Shown in pieces: positions 21,323 to 31,498 of a stretch of 64,000 bases of DNA; positions within the stretch are counted from its first letter, which is position 1, and every line of letters starts with the position of its first letter. The notes under the pieces were generated by a model. That model was given only the letters and a program-made list of their open reading frames with translations. It did no database searches and was not told the DNA's origin. The translations under genes were made by a program, and so were the position numbers. This stretch comes from an uncultured Pseudomonadota bacterium (lineage in GTDB: Bacteria > CALINM01): NCBI GenBank assembly GCA_964540515.1, contig CAZIMS010000009.1:28391-92390 (forward strand), read 5' to 3'.

Positions 21323-21470
21323 AACATTGTTTTAATATTAACAAAAAAATTTTTATTGTCAACTCTTAGATATTTATTTTTAAGTATTTACATTATAAAA
21401 CCCTTTTCTTTATTTGATTTGATGAAATTTTTTGTTGAGGATTATAGAAAAAAGACCTAAAATTTACCAT

Positions 21471-21504
21471 TTAGAAAAGACAAAAGGTTAGAAAAGACAA
21501 AAGG
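21471..21504. repeat. Perfect 17-bp tandem direct repeat (TTAGAAAAGACAAAAGG x2) in the 5' leader of the 21516 gene
   Basis: Two identical adjacent copies; the second runs into the ribosome-binding site GGGAGG. Confidence 0.8.
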
Positions 21505-21515
21505 GAGGATTAACT

Positions 21516-22349
21516 ATGGCTATAATTACTATCTCTAGACCCTATGGTTCAGGAGGTACTCTTTTTGCCCATGAGCTTTCAGAGAGGACTAATTATTCCT
21601 ATATAGATAAAAATTACTGTGCCATTGTAGGCGATGAAGTTAAGCACTGTTTAGAATTCTTTGGGCATGAAGATGAGACAGCTCCACTCTTATTAGATAG
21701 AATTTCTGAGCTGATGACTAATCGTAGTTTTTACAAAGTTAATTTATTGGCAACGATATATAGTCTTGCCCTTAAGAATAACGTTATTTTTGTAGGTAGA
21801 GGAGCTAATATTATCCTACAGGGTATTCCAAATGTCTTAAGTCTTCAGCTAGTAAGTAATATAGAAGATAGGATTAAGGCAATAGCTGAGCTTAAAGGCT
21901 TAAGTTATGATGATGCTTTGAACCTAATACAGAGGATGGATAATGAGAAAAAGAAGTTTATAGAGTATTATTTTGATAAAAATATTTTTGATCCCACTCT
22001 TTATCATTTCGTTATGAATCTAAGTTATATCCCATTAAACAATGCCGTAGAAATAATTATTGACTATGTTAACAAATTTTTTACAGAAGAGGATTTTAAA
22101 AAGTCTCAGATTATACTAAAAAATAGACTTATTGAAAAGAAAGCGGAGGTTATTCTTTTTGGTTTAAACCTCACACAAAATGCAAAGGCAAACTTTACTA
22201 TGAAAGAAGACGGAACACTTATAGTAAAGGGAATAGTTAGTTCAGAAAATGAGAAGAAGAAACTTATTAAATCATTGGAGAATATAGAAGATGTCAAAAA
22301 GATTGAAGACAATCTTAAGGTTGGCATCCTGTCAAGGATGATATATTAA
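21516..22349 (+). CDS. Cytidylate-kinase-like (AAA/P-loop kinase-like) family protein
   Basis: N-terminal ITISRPYGSGGT P-loop-like motif; weak family assignment. Confidence 0.5.
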   Translation: MAIITISRPYGSGGTLFAHELSERTNYSYIDKNYCAIVGDEVKHCLEFFGHEDETAPLLLDRISELMTNRSFYKVNLLATIYSLALKNNVIFVGRGANIILQGIPNVLSLQLVSNIEDRIKAIAELKGLSYDDALNLIQRMDNEKKKFIEYYFDKNIFDPTLYHFVMNLSYIPLNNAVEIIIDYVNKFFTEEDFKKSQIILKNRLIEKKAEVILFGLNLTQNAKANFTMKEDGTLIVKGIVSSENEKKKLIKSLENIEDVKKIEDNLKVGILSRMIY

Positions 22350-22358
22350 TTATTTTTT

Positions 22359-23699
22359 TTGGGGGGGAAGTTTATTATGCGATTTGGCTCTTTTTTTAAA
22401 GGTCTTCTATTGTCTTTTTTCCCGACGGTTTTATTAGCCTCCAGTGGTGGAGAGGAGGTACATTTCCCTTTGTGGAGTGGTATATTTTTTGTTGTTATGT
22501 TACTCTCCATAGCAGTTATTCCTTTAATTAATGCTGAATGGTGGAGTAAAAGATATGGTTGGGTTGCTATTACCCTTGCGATACCGGCTGGGGTGATTGT
22601 TGTTTCTCAAAAAGTTTCTCTTTTGATTCATGTAGTTGGAGAATATTTATCTTTTATAATTTTATTGGGCTCTTTATTTATTATCGCTGGTGGAATAGTT
22701 ATAAGGATTGGACCTAAAGGTACTCCAAAACTTAATTCAATAATTCTTTTTATAGGAGCCTTTTTTGCAAGTTTTGTGGGAACTACTGGTGCCAGCATGG
22801 TACTTATTAGACCTCTTATTAGGGCTAATCAATGGCGTAAACATATTGTTCACATTTTTATTTTCTTTATTTTTCTTGTCTCAAATATAGGTGGGCTTTT
22901 AACTCCTCTTGGTGATCCACCACTTTTTCTTGGCTTTTTAAAGGGAGTTCCTTTTCTCTGGACTTTTAAGCTTCTTCCTTTTTGGCTCTTTGCAACATCT
23001 CTACTCATAGTTATCTTCTTCTTTGTAGATAATTTTTTTCTCAAAAAAGAGGATCCAGATATATTAGAGAAGTCATTCTCATTTTACGAGAAAAGACTTG
23101 AGATAAAAGGCAAGAGAAATATCTTCTTTTTGTTGATGGTAATTGGCTCTTTTTTTCTCCCACCACTTTTTAGAGAGGTAGTGATGATAGCTGCTGCACT
23201 ACTTTCTATCTATTTTACGCCTATAACATTGAGAGAAGAAAACTCCTTTACATATCATCCTATAATAGAAGTAGCCCTATTGTTTATAGGCATATTTGTT
23301 ACTATGATACCTGTTATGAAAATCTTGGAAGTTAGTGGAAATAAGTTAGGAATAGAAGAACCATGGCAGTTTTTTTGGATAACAGGTATACTTTCAAGTT
23401 TCCTCGACAATGCACCTACTTATTTAGTTTTTATGGCTACTTCTCAGAGTGTCGCTATTGCTAAAGGCATTACAACTAACCTTATAGTAGGAGTGCCAGA
23501 AGTATATCTCAAGGCAATTTCTGTAGGAGCTGTTTTTATGGGTGCTAACTCTTACATAGGAAATGGTCCAAACTTCATGGTTAAAGCAATCTGTGAAGAA
23601 AATGACATTAAGATGCCTTCATTTTTTGGCTATATGGCGTGGTCTGTGGGGATATTGATACCACTTTTTATAGTCATTACTTTTGTTTTTTTTAGATGA
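22359..23699 (+). CDS. NhaD/ArsB-superfamily Na+/H+ antiporter-like permease
   Basis: Polytopic membrane protein with GDPPLFLGF and FLDNAPTYLVF motifs. Confidence 0.65.
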   Translation: MGGKFIMRFGSFFKGLLLSFFPTVLLASSGGEEVHFPLWSGIFFVVMLLSIAVIPLINAEWWSKRYGWVAITLAIPAGVIVVSQKVSLLIHVVGEYLSFIILLGSLFIIAGGIVIRIGPKGTPKLNSIILFIGAFFASFVGTTGASMVLIRPLIRANQWRKHIVHIFIFFIFLVSNIGGLLTPLGDPPLFLGFLKGVPFLWTFKLLPFWLFATSLLIVIFFFVDNFFLKKEDPDILEKSFSFYEKRLEIKGKRNIFFLLMVIGSFFLPPLFREVVMIAAALLSIYFTPITLREENSFTYHPIIEVALLFIGIFVTMIPVMKILEVSGNKLGIEEPWQFFWITGILSSFLDNAPTYLVFMATSQSVAIAKGITTNLIVGVPEVYLKAISVGAVFMGANSYIGNGPNFMVKAICEENDIKMPSFFGYMAWSVGILIPLFIVITFVFFR

Positions 23700-24505
23700 A
23701 AATTATTGTTAAGATTCTAATATTATTAATGATTATAGCCATAGCCTTTGTAGGAGGCTATGGCTTTTTTATGCTTAATAAAGTAAGAGAGCTAAAGGAT
23801 CCCAAACATTCAATAACTATTACTATCTATGATTGGAAAAAGAATCCCTATTCTTTTATTGTGGGACCTAAAAACCCAAAGTTTACTCAATGGAATAACA
23901 TAAGCCCCTATGTTAAATGGGCTGTGATACTGTCTGAGGATGCAAAATTTTATAAACATAGCGGTGTTGATTATGAGGCTGTAAGATCAGCAATTAAAAA
24001 AAATCTTGAGGTAGGCAAATATGTAAAGGGGGGTTCTACTTTAACCCAGCAACTGGCAAAAAATCTTTTTTTGAATAGAGAAAAATCTTTAATAAGAAAA
24101 TTTAAAGAGCTTATTATTACCTTCATACTTGAGAGGGAGCTTTCAAAAACAAGGATATTAGAGCTTTACCTCAACGCTGTAGAATTTGGGCCCTTAGTTT
24201 ATGGTATACATAATGCTAGCAGTTATTATTTTAACAAGCATCCCTCTGAACTCAATCCTTTAGAAAGCGCTATTTTAGCGTCTCTTCTGCCGAGCCCTAA
24301 AATTTTTAACCCCCTAAGAAACATAGAAAGGACAGAGGTGAGAGCTAAGAGAATACTAAATAGGATGAAACAGGCAAAGATTGTAAGTGATGAAGAGTTT
24401 AATCTTTATAATAAATCTGACTTAGCTCTGACAGTAGAAAAGAAAGTAGAGGTAAAAATATTCAGAGAAGAAACTTTTTTGAATATATCCTCAAAAACCC
24501 CTTAA
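23696..24505 (+). CDS. mtgA: Monofunctional peptidoglycan glycosyltransferase (GT51)
   Basis: GT51 motifs (ILSEDAKFYKHSGVD, GGSTLTQQLAKN). Confidence 0.85.
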   Translation: MKIIVKILILLMIIAIAFVGGYGFFMLNKVRELKDPKHSITITIYDWKKNPYSFIVGPKNPKFTQWNNISPYVKWAVILSEDAKFYKHSGVDYEAVRSAIKKNLEVGKYVKGGSTLTQQLAKNLFLNREKSLIRKFKELIITFILERELSKTRILELYLNAVEFGPLVYGIHNASSYYFNKHPSELNPLESAILASLLPSPKIFNPLRNIERTEVRAKRILNRMKQAKIVSDEEFNLYNKSDLALTVEKKVEVKIFREETFLNISSKTP

Positions 24506-24940
24506 TCTTCTTAAGGCTTCGTAGAGTACTATAGATACTGAATTTGCCAGATTAAGACATCTAACCTTACCAAACATAGGTATTGTATAAATCTTTTCTT
24601 TAAAATTTTCGAAAATTATAGGCGGGAAACCAGATGTCTCGCTGCCAAAGATTAGATAATCATCCTCTTTATAATCTATCTGGGTATAATATTTCATCCC
24701 TTTTGATGAGAAAAAATAGAGCTCACCTTTTATTGTAGATAGAAAATCATCAAAGGAGTTATGTACATAGACTTTAAGATGTTCCCAGTAGTCAAGGCCA
24801 GCCCTCTTTAAATTTTTATCAGATAAAGAAAAACCCAATGGTTTTATTAAATGGAGCTCACAATCAGTTGCTACACATAACCTTGCTATATTGCCTGTAT
24901 TGGGTGGTATCTCTGGATTAAATAAAACTATCCGAGGCAT
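24491..24940 (-). CDS. trmL: tRNA (cytidine/uridine-2'-O)-methyltransferase TrmL (SPOUT)
   Basis: 149 aa, NTGNIARLC motif. Confidence 0.8.
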   Translation of the reverse strand: MPRIVLFNPEIPPNTGNIARLCVATDCELHLIKPLGFSLSDKNLKRAGLDYWEHLKVYVHNSFDDFLSTIKGELYFFSSKGMKYYTQIDYKEDDYLIFGSETSGFPPIIFENFKEKIYTIPMFGKVRCLNLANSVSIVLYEALRRLRGF

Positions 24941-24945
24941 ATAAG

Positions 24946-25602
24946 TTAGTCTTTCTCTATCCTTACATAAACTGCTTCTGCCACTGTTTTATCTACTGCA
25001 AATTCTGAGTTTCCTATGGCAAAGAGGTAAGAGGGGAAAGTTTGCTTAATCTGTATAGTTGCACCGGGCAATATACCTAAGCTTGCGAGACTCTGAAGAT
25101 TTTTGTCGGAAATACCTTGAATATAAACTATTTTTCCTTTCTGTCCAAACTTTAGTTGGCTTAAGGGAACAACATATTTATCTCCTACTTTTACCTCGGC
25201 TTTACAACAATGGCCAGGTGGTATAGGGTTTCCGTGGGGGCAAGTTTTTGGGTGACATAGGAGTGTACAAACTTTATCTTCTATGCCTTCCTTTAGGTAA
25301 TGCTCTAATTTGCAGGCAGTCTCATGAATCGCACTACCTGATACATCAATTACATCTACGAGTAGCTTTTCTGCTAACCTATGTCTTCTTACTACATTTT
25401 CTCCTTTTTTTATACCTTCTTCTGTAAGCTCCACCTTATCATCATCAACTTTAACTAATTTTTTATCAATAAGTTCTTTTATCTCCTCAGAGCCTTTTTC
25501 TACTCCCAATACATTAAAGGTAAGATTATCTTTATTTTTCTCCTTTTTAGCTATCCATAACATTTCAAGTATCTCTTCAAGTTTTTCTAATAAAATGCTC
25601 AT
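24946..25602 (-). CDS. DtxR/IdeR-family metal-dependent transcriptional regulator with C-terminal FeoA/SH3-like domain
   Basis: RRHRLAEKLL...HETACKLEH...CPHGNPIP metal-binding/dimerisation region plus FeoA-like C-terminus. Confidence 0.75.
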   Translation of the reverse strand: MSILLEKLEEILEMLWIAKKEKNKDNLTFNVLGVEKGSEEIKELIDKKLVKVDDDKVELTEEGIKKGENVVRRHRLAEKLLVDVIDVSGSAIHETACKLEHYLKEGIEDKVCTLLCHPKTCPHGNPIPPGHCCKAEVKVGDKYVVPLSQLKFGQKGKIVYIQGISDKNLQSLASLGILPGATIQIKQTFPSYLFAIGNSEFAVDKTVAEAVYVRIEKD

Positions 25603-25605
25603 AAA

Positions 25606-25785
25606 CTACCCCTTCTTAAAAATCTTTTTTAAAAAACCTATCTTTTCTAACCCCTTTTCCGGAGGAAACTCATATCCACAGTTTGGGCATCTTACTAGTC
25701 CGCATCCCTTAACTCCACAGCCTGCACATCCACCTTTTGCCTGTTCTTCATCAAAATTGTTACCACAGAGAGGACATTTAATCAT
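25606..25785 (-). CDS. Small Cys-rich zinc-ribbon-like protein (59 aa, 7 Cys) within the feo operon, absent from the ORF track
   Basis: Manual translation of the minus strand: MIKCPLCGNNFDEEQAKGGCAGCGVKGCGLVRCPNCGYEFPPEKGLEKIGFLKKIFKKG; fills the feoB-regulator gap. Confidence 0.55.
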   Translation of the reverse strand: MIKCPLCGNNFDEEQAKGGCAGCGVKGCGLVRCPNCGYEFPPEKGLEKIGFLKKIFKKG

Positions 25786-25807
25786 ATAACCTCTTTATCA
25801 TAAGTTA

Positions 25808-27769
25808 TTATAAAACTATATTGAAAAATTTAAGAAAAATGTTTAACAAATAACCTATAAATATCGAAAAAATCAAAACAAATCCGGCAATCTTAAGCCC
25901 CATTCTGAGCCCTCTTTCCTTGATAGTCATAATAAACTGTGCTATACAGGGCAGGAATAAGGTAAGCATTACAGCCATAATTAGTAGTTCATTGTTATTG
26001 AAGATGCCATCCCTATGTAGGTCATAAAGCCCTGCTGCGCCATAGTCTCTTCTAAAAAAACCAAAGAGGAAAATTTTTGCGGCTTCATAGGGAAGACCGA
26101 TGTATTTAAGAGGTAGAGCAATTATCTCAATCAACAAATCAAAGATTTTTGTAATCCTTCCTATCCAGATGAAAAAACTTGCATAAATAAAAAGAGGTAT
26201 TACCTCTTTAAAATACCAGATTAGTCTTGTGTATGTTTTCATAAAGATATTACTAATTCTTGGTAACCTTAATGGTGGAATCTCTACGAAGAAAATATTT
26301 TTTTCACCTTTAATAATCTTACCCGAGAGATATCCAACAAAGACAAATATGCCTAATAAAATAAAAATCCAGCTGAAAAGAAGGGCTTTACTGTGGCTTA
26401 ATACAGCAAGCATAACACCTAACTGAGCAGAGCAGGGGATAGCAAGAGAAAGAAGAATCGTAGCTATTATACGTTCTTTTTTTGTATTAAGTGTTCTTGT
26501 AACCATTGTTGCCATTGTATCACATCCAAGTCCTAAAACAAGGGGTATAACAGCTTTACCTGTTAGTCCTATCTTTTTAAAAAATCTATCCATTAAGAAG
26601 GCTAATCTTGGTAAATAACCACTATCTTCAAGAATAGAGAAAAATAAGAAAAATGTAGTAACTATAGGAAAGATTATCGCTATTGCGTATTTCATCCCTA
26701 AGGTAATTACGCCGTAATCCCTAATCAAAAGCTCTTTGATTAGTTCTGAATTTAAAGTTCTTTCAATATAGTTAACAAGATCTGGTAATAAGATATTTTC
26801 AAATAGCTCAGTTTCGATATAATCTACAAGAGTACCAGCACCAAATTGGCCAACAAACTTATAGAGACCAAAATAGAGAACTAAGATCAAAATTGGGTAA
26901 CCCCAAATAGTGTGAATAGTAATATTACTAATTAATCTAACAAAGCCGCTCTCAGTTTTTAAAGACCTTCTGCTTATTACTCTTTTTTCAATCTCTTCAC
27001 ATATTAACTGTCTTTCTTGAGCAAGTATGTAATCAATAGAGGTCTTGAAAATTATAGAAAGCTCTCTTCTAACCTTTTCTATCTCCTCTATCACTGTCAA
27101 CCCTTCTCTTTCAAGAACCAGATTATATATTTCATAATCGCTTTGTATTAATAATAGAGAGACTATCTTTTTAGATATAACATAGTCTTTTTTTAATAAA
27201 GAGGCAATTTTTTCTATAGCCTCGTTTATTTCCCTATCATAGGCTGAAATAGATTTATTATCAGACTTATATTCAGTCAAAGTTTCAAGAATCTTTTTTA
27301 TACCAATTTTTTTAATAGAGATAGTTGGAATGACAGGTATTCCCAATATATCAGATAGTAGCTTTGAATCAACATGAAGTCCCTTTCTTTCTGCCTCGTC
27401 CATCATGTTAAGGACAACTATAACCTTTATTCCTGTCTCGAGTAGTTGTAGTGTGAGTGGTAACATCCTTCCTAAATTTTTTGTATCAATAACGTTGATT
27501 ATGAAATCTGCCTCTCCCTTAAAAATTAGGTCTCTCGCTACCTTTTCTTCTTCAGAGATAGGAAGCATTGAGTACATACCAGGTGTATCTATTATCTTTA
27601 TCTCTTTATTTTTAAATGTGATTGTACCTTCTGTAATCTCAACAGTTGTGCCAGGGTAGTTTGACACGGCAACATACTTACCTGTGAGAGCGTTAAAAAG
27701 TGCGCTTTTCCCAACATTCGGATTTCCTACTAACAAGACCTTTATCTTATCTTTCATTATCTTCCTCAT
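25808..27769 (-). CDS. feoB: Ferrous iron transporter FeoB
   Basis: N-terminal G-domain (GNPNVGKSALFN, DTPG) and polytopic membrane domain; likely true start is the second ATG at 27757 with AGGAAG RBS. Confidence 0.92.
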   Translation of the reverse strand: MRKIMKDKIKVLLVGNPNVGKSALFNALTGKYVAVSNYPGTTVEITEGTITFKNKEIKIIDTPGMYSMLPISEEEKVARDLIFKGEADFIINVIDTKNLGRMLPLTLQLLETGIKVIVVLNMMDEAERKGLHVDSKLLSDILGIPVIPTISIKKIGIKKILETLTEYKSDNKSISAYDREINEAIEKIASLLKKDYVISKKIVSLLLIQSDYEIYNLVLEREGLTVIEEIEKVRRELSIIFKTSIDYILAQERQLICEEIEKRVISRRSLKTESGFVRLISNITIHTIWGYPILILVLYFGLYKFVGQFGAGTLVDYIETELFENILLPDLVNYIERTLNSELIKELLIRDYGVITLGMKYAIAIIFPIVTTFFLFFSILEDSGYLPRLAFLMDRFFKKIGLTGKAVIPLVLGLGCDTMATMVTRTLNTKKERIIATILLSLAIPCSAQLGVMLAVLSHSKALLFSWIFILLGIFVFVGYLSGKIIKGEKNIFFVEIPPLRLPRISNIFMKTYTRLIWYFKEVIPLFIYASFFIWIGRITKIFDLLIEIIALPLKYIGLPYEAAKIFLFGFFRRDYGAAGLYDLHRDGIFNNNELLIMAVMLTLFLPCIAQFIMTIKERGLRMGLKIAGFVLIFSIFIGYLLNIFLKFFNIVL

Positions 27770-27776
27770 TATTATT

Positions 27777-27795
27777 GATAATGATTATCATTATA
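27777..27795. promoter_or_regulatory. Fur-box-like operator overlapping the feoB promoter
   Basis: GATAATGATTATCATTATA matches the 19-bp Fur consensus GATAATGATAATCATTATC at 17 of 19; overlaps a TATAAT on the feoB strand. Confidence 0.65.
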
Positions 27796-27984
27796 TGATT
27801 AATTTAAAAATAAATAAAGTGTTTTTTTATTATTGTGATATTTTTTATTTTTAAGGATTTCATCATAAATATCAATTAGAAAATGCCACAGTGTTTTTAA
27901 ACTTATACTAATTGGTTAATATATTATCTCACTATGAAGCTAATTTTACATTATAGACGATGATTTCAGACTTCTATTCAATAC

Positions 27985-28305
27985 TCAATTATTGGGTTCA
28001 ATATAAAAAACAGGGTCTAATATATATTCATTTTTACAGATAGGACATTTAGTAGGTTTTTTAAGTTTTTCTCTTTTTTTGAAAAGAAAACCACAAATTT
28101 TGCATTGCGAAGGCTCTATCTTTAAATAATGTGATTTTTTGATAAATTCAAGATGATAATAAACCTCTTTTTCTCCAATCTCTAAAAATCTTGATAGCTC
28201 CTTTGCAGAAAATTTACCAGTTTTAAGAATCCTTGCAATTTCTTCTCTTATAGTTATCCCTCTTTCTTTCAAATCAACAGGATTTTTTTCTTTAATTTTT
28301 TTCAT
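27985..28305 (-). CDS. Predicted transcriptional regulator (HTH domain fused to Zn-ribbon)
   Basis: 106 aa, HTH-like N-terminus plus CxxC...CxxC. Confidence 0.5.
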   Translation of the reverse strand: MKKIKEKNPVDLKERGITIREEIARILKTGKFSAKELSRFLEIGEKEVYYHLEFIKKSHYLKIEPSQCKICGFLFKKREKLKKPTKCPICKNEYILDPVFYIEPNN

Positions 28306-28308
28306 CTA

Positions 28309-29655
28309 TTATTCATCCAGGATATTCTGAGCAGCTTCGTAGGGGAGCTCCTCTACTTTTTTTAATTTTGACTGAATTGCCCTTGTCCTTTTTCCTACAA
28401 GATTTTCAATATCTTCACTTGCCTTATCAATCTTTTCCTTTGCCTTTTCAAGAGCTTCACCAAATTTGTTAAACTCAGTCTTTACTGCCCCTAAAATATT
28501 CCAAACCTCCGATGCCCTCTTTTCTATAGCAAGAGTCTTAAAACCCATCTGAAGACTGTTTAAAAATGCTGCTAGTGTGGAGGGACCTGTAATTATGATT
28601 TTATATGTTGTTTGGAGCTCCTCAATTAGGGATGTCCTTTTAACTACTTCAGCATATAATCCTTCTGTTGGGAGAAACATTATAGCAAAATCCGTTGTGT
28701 TTGGTGGATCTATATACTTATCTTTTATACCCTTTGCAAAATTTTTGATAGTGTTTTCAAGCTCTTTCGTTGATTTATCTATTCTTTCATTATCTCCTGA
28801 TTCAAAGGCATCAATAAGTCTATTATAAATATCCATTGGAAACTTTGAGTCAATAGGTAAGTAAATATATTCATTTTCTTTGTCTTTACCCGGTAGTTTT
28901 ATAGCGAACTCAACCTTTTCATTAGAACCTCTTTTTGTCTTAATATCTTTTTCATACTGGTCTTTTGTTAAGATCTGTTCTAGTATATTCCCAAGCTGAA
29001 TCTCTCCAATAATTCCTCTTGTCTTTACATTAGATAAAACCTTCTTTAAATCTCCGACATTGATTGCTAAGTTTTGCATCTCACCAAGACCTTTATGAAC
29101 CTGCTCAAGTCTTTCCGAAACAATTTTAAAAGACTCAGAAAGTCTTTTCTCGAGGGTATTTTGAAGCTTTTCATCTACCACATTTCTCATCTCATCCAGC
29201 TTTTTTGTATTTTCTTCCCGTAAGGTCTTTAGCTGGTTATCAAGGATGTTTTGAATTTTTTCAAGATTTTTTGAAAGCTCATCTCTGCCTTCCTTTGCAG
29301 AGTTTGTAAACTGAATATTAAAATCCTTCAGCTCATTTGAGATTGCCTGAGTAAGGTCATTAAGTCTTATTGAAAATGTATCAAGCTGGTTTTTTTGTAG
29401 CTGTGCTATGCCTGTCATTGTAGTTGAAAGTTGGCTGGAAAAACTGCTAAAACTGGTTAATTGTTCTTCTCTGCTTTTAGAAAACTCCTCTCTTAATGTG
29501 CTCGTTATTCTTTCTATATTTTTATCAAGATTTGATATTAAAAGCTTTAATTCTATCGATGAGTTTAAAAGCTCTCTATCTGCTTGTCTTTTAAAAAGAA
29601 GAAAGGAGTTAACAATAAGAATTAGTAAAACTAATCCCAGAAGTATCTCAATCAT
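28309..29655 (-). CDS. rmuC: DNA recombination protein RmuC
   Basis: N-terminal TM helix, long coiled coil, RmuC C-domain. Confidence 0.8.
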   Translation of the reverse strand: MIEILLGLVLLILIVNSFLLFKRQADRELLNSSIELKLLISNLDKNIERITSTLREEFSKSREEQLTSFSSFSSQLSTTMTGIAQLQKNQLDTFSIRLNDLTQAISNELKDFNIQFTNSAKEGRDELSKNLEKIQNILDNQLKTLREENTKKLDEMRNVVDEKLQNTLEKRLSESFKIVSERLEQVHKGLGEMQNLAINVGDLKKVLSNVKTRGIIGEIQLGNILEQILTKDQYEKDIKTKRGSNEKVEFAIKLPGKDKENEYIYLPIDSKFPMDIYNRLIDAFESGDNERIDKSTKELENTIKNFAKGIKDKYIDPPNTTDFAIMFLPTEGLYAEVVKRTSLIEELQTTYKIIITGPSTLAAFLNSLQMGFKTLAIEKRASEVWNILGAVKTEFNKFGEALEKAKEKIDKASEDIENLVGKRTRAIQSKLKKVEELPYEAAQNILDE

Positions 29656-29675
29656 ATTGTCTCCTGATTTTGTAT

Positions 29676-30164
29676 TTAGTCTCTGTAGTTAACAAACTGA
29701 AGAGGTACTTTAAAATCTATGGACTTTAGATGGGCTATAACAGTTTGAAGATCATCAATCTTTTTCCCAGAAACTCTTAACTCATCTCCCATTATCTGAG
29801 TCTGAACTTTAAGCTTTGTGTCTTTGATTATTTTTGAGAGTTCCTTCATCTCATCTTGTGAGAGTCCCTGTTTTATCTTGATTTTTTGCCTTACCGTATC
29901 ACCAGAAGCTTTCTCAACCTTTCCGAGATCCAATGACTTGAGTGAGACATTTCTTTTTATAAACTTTGATTTAAGGATCTCTAAAACTGCATTTAACTTA
30001 AAATCATCATCGGCAATAACAGTTATCTCGTCCTTAGAGGTAAGCTCTACAGAAGATTTTGACCCTCTAAAATCATATCGGGTCTCAATCTCCTTCTTTG
30101 TCTGATTTACAGCGTTATCAACCTCTTGTAGGTTTACCTTTGAAACAATATCAAAACTTGGCAT
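29676..30164 (-). CDS. yajQ: YajQ-family nucleotide-binding protein (UPF0234)
   Basis: 162 aa, MPSFDIVS N-terminus and YajQ-like length and sequence. Confidence 0.8.
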   Translation of the reverse strand: MPSFDIVSKVNLQEVDNAVNQTKKEIETRYDFRGSKSSVELTSKDEITVIADDDFKLNAVLEILKSKFIKRNVSLKSLDLGKVEKASGDTVRQKIKIKQGLSQDEMKELSKIIKDTKLKVQTQIMGDELRVSGKKIDDLQTVIAHLKSIDFKVPLQFVNYRD

Positions 30165-30320
30165 AAGAAATTTATATCAAAAACCAGAAAAAAAAACAAT
30201 TGCTAAATTATCAGTAATAAACATTGTGTAAAGCAACATAAAGCATGTTGGTATTAGTAGAGCATTGGATTACAGAAAAATATTTGACGAAAATATTGAT
30301 TTTGGGTAAGGTGTTATACA

Positions 30321-30974
30321 ATGATAGATAGAAATTATAGATCTTTCTATGAAGAGCTTTTTAGGGAGGTACTCTCAAAAGCACCAAAGAGTTATTTTGA
30401 TGAAGCTGCTTTGCCTTCCTATACGCATCAAAATAAGCTAATGTCACATCTTTTTTGGAGTAGATTAGATTGGGCTTTTTATCTTGCAGGAGAGATAAAA
30501 GGTAAAAAGGTTTTGGATTTTGGTGCAGGAGGAGGGGTAACTTTTAAGTATTTAGCAGATAATAAAGCTCAAATATATGCCTGTGAGAAGGAGTTTTATC
30601 TGCTCACAGAGATGGTAGCAAAGGCTTTAAAGATAAATATTCCTGTTTTTAAAGATATTATGGAAATAGAAGAAAACATTAAATTTGATGTGTTTTTTGC
30701 TCTTGATGTATTTGAACATATAGAGGATATAAATCCAATTTTAGATAAGATGTTAAGGCTCTCTCATAGGGATACAAAGTTTGTAGTATCAGGACCTACT
30801 GAAAGCATTTTATATAAATTCGGAAGATTTTTAGCTGGTTTTAAAGGACATTACCACGTTAAAAATATCTATGATATTGAGAAAGATTTAAGAAATAGAG
30901 GTTTTAAATTATTAAAACTCAAAAGACTTTATTTGCCTATTACTCTCTTTAGAGTTTCTTTATGGGGAACTTAG
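30321..30974 (+). CDS. Class I SAM-dependent methyltransferase
   Basis: Motif I VLDFGAGGG. Confidence 0.6.
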   Translation: MIDRNYRSFYEELFREVLSKAPKSYFDEAALPSYTHQNKLMSHLFWSRLDWAFYLAGEIKGKKVLDFGAGGGVTFKYLADNKAQIYACEKEFYLLTEMVAKALKINIPVFKDIMEIEENIKFDVFFALDVFEHIEDINPILDKMLRLSHRDTKFVVSGPTESILYKFGRFLAGFKGHYHVKNIYDIEKDLRNRGFKLLKLKRLYLPITLFRVSLWGT

Positions 30975-31006
30975 CCTCTTATTGGAGTTATGATTTTAAA
31001 ATATAA

Positions 31007-31498
31007 ATGCTGAAAATGAGTGAGAATATATATAAGTTAGATAGTATTTTTGAAAAGATTAAAAAGAACTTAAAGATAACAGAAAGTTATGATTTGGGTA
31101 AGGTCTGGGAAGAGGTTGTTGGTGATATTGTCTCACATATTTCTTTGCCAGTCTCGTTCTATGAAGGAAAACTTACAGTTTCTGTAAAAGATCCTATCTG
31201 GATGAATCAACTAAATCTTATGAAGAAGCAGATTATTCCTATGATTAATCAAAAGGTAGGTAAAGAGCTTGTTAAGGATATTAAGTTCAAGGTGGAGTTT
31301 ATAGGATCTAAAAAAAAGAATGAAAAAACAGAGAGATATCTATCTCTTGACGATGTTGAGTTAAAAAAGGAGGACTTGACATTTATCGAAAACTCTATTT
31401 CTCCAATCAAAGATGATGATTTAAGAGAATCTTTAAAGAAATTATTTACAGTTGTACTCAAGAGGAGATATCTCGACGAAAAAAAGGAGGGAGAATAG
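31007..31498 (+). CDS. DUF721/DciA-like protein
   Basis: 163 aa, DUF721-like region (LTVSVKDPIWMNQL). Confidence 0.5.
   Translation: MLKMSENIYKLDSIFEKIKKNLKITESYDLGKVWEEVVGDIVSHISLPVSFYEGKLTVSVKDPIWMNQLNLMKKQIIPMINQKVGKELVKDIKFKVEFIGSKKKNEKTERYLSLDDVELKKEDLTFIENSISPIKDDDLRESLKKLFTVVLKRRYLDEKKEGE

Noticed and set aside
25595-25789. Plus-strand 64-aa ORF between the DtxR-like gene and feoB
   Set aside because: Opposite strand to the operon and featureless; the minus-strand 59-aa Cys-rich ORF at 25606..25785 is the better coding candidate.
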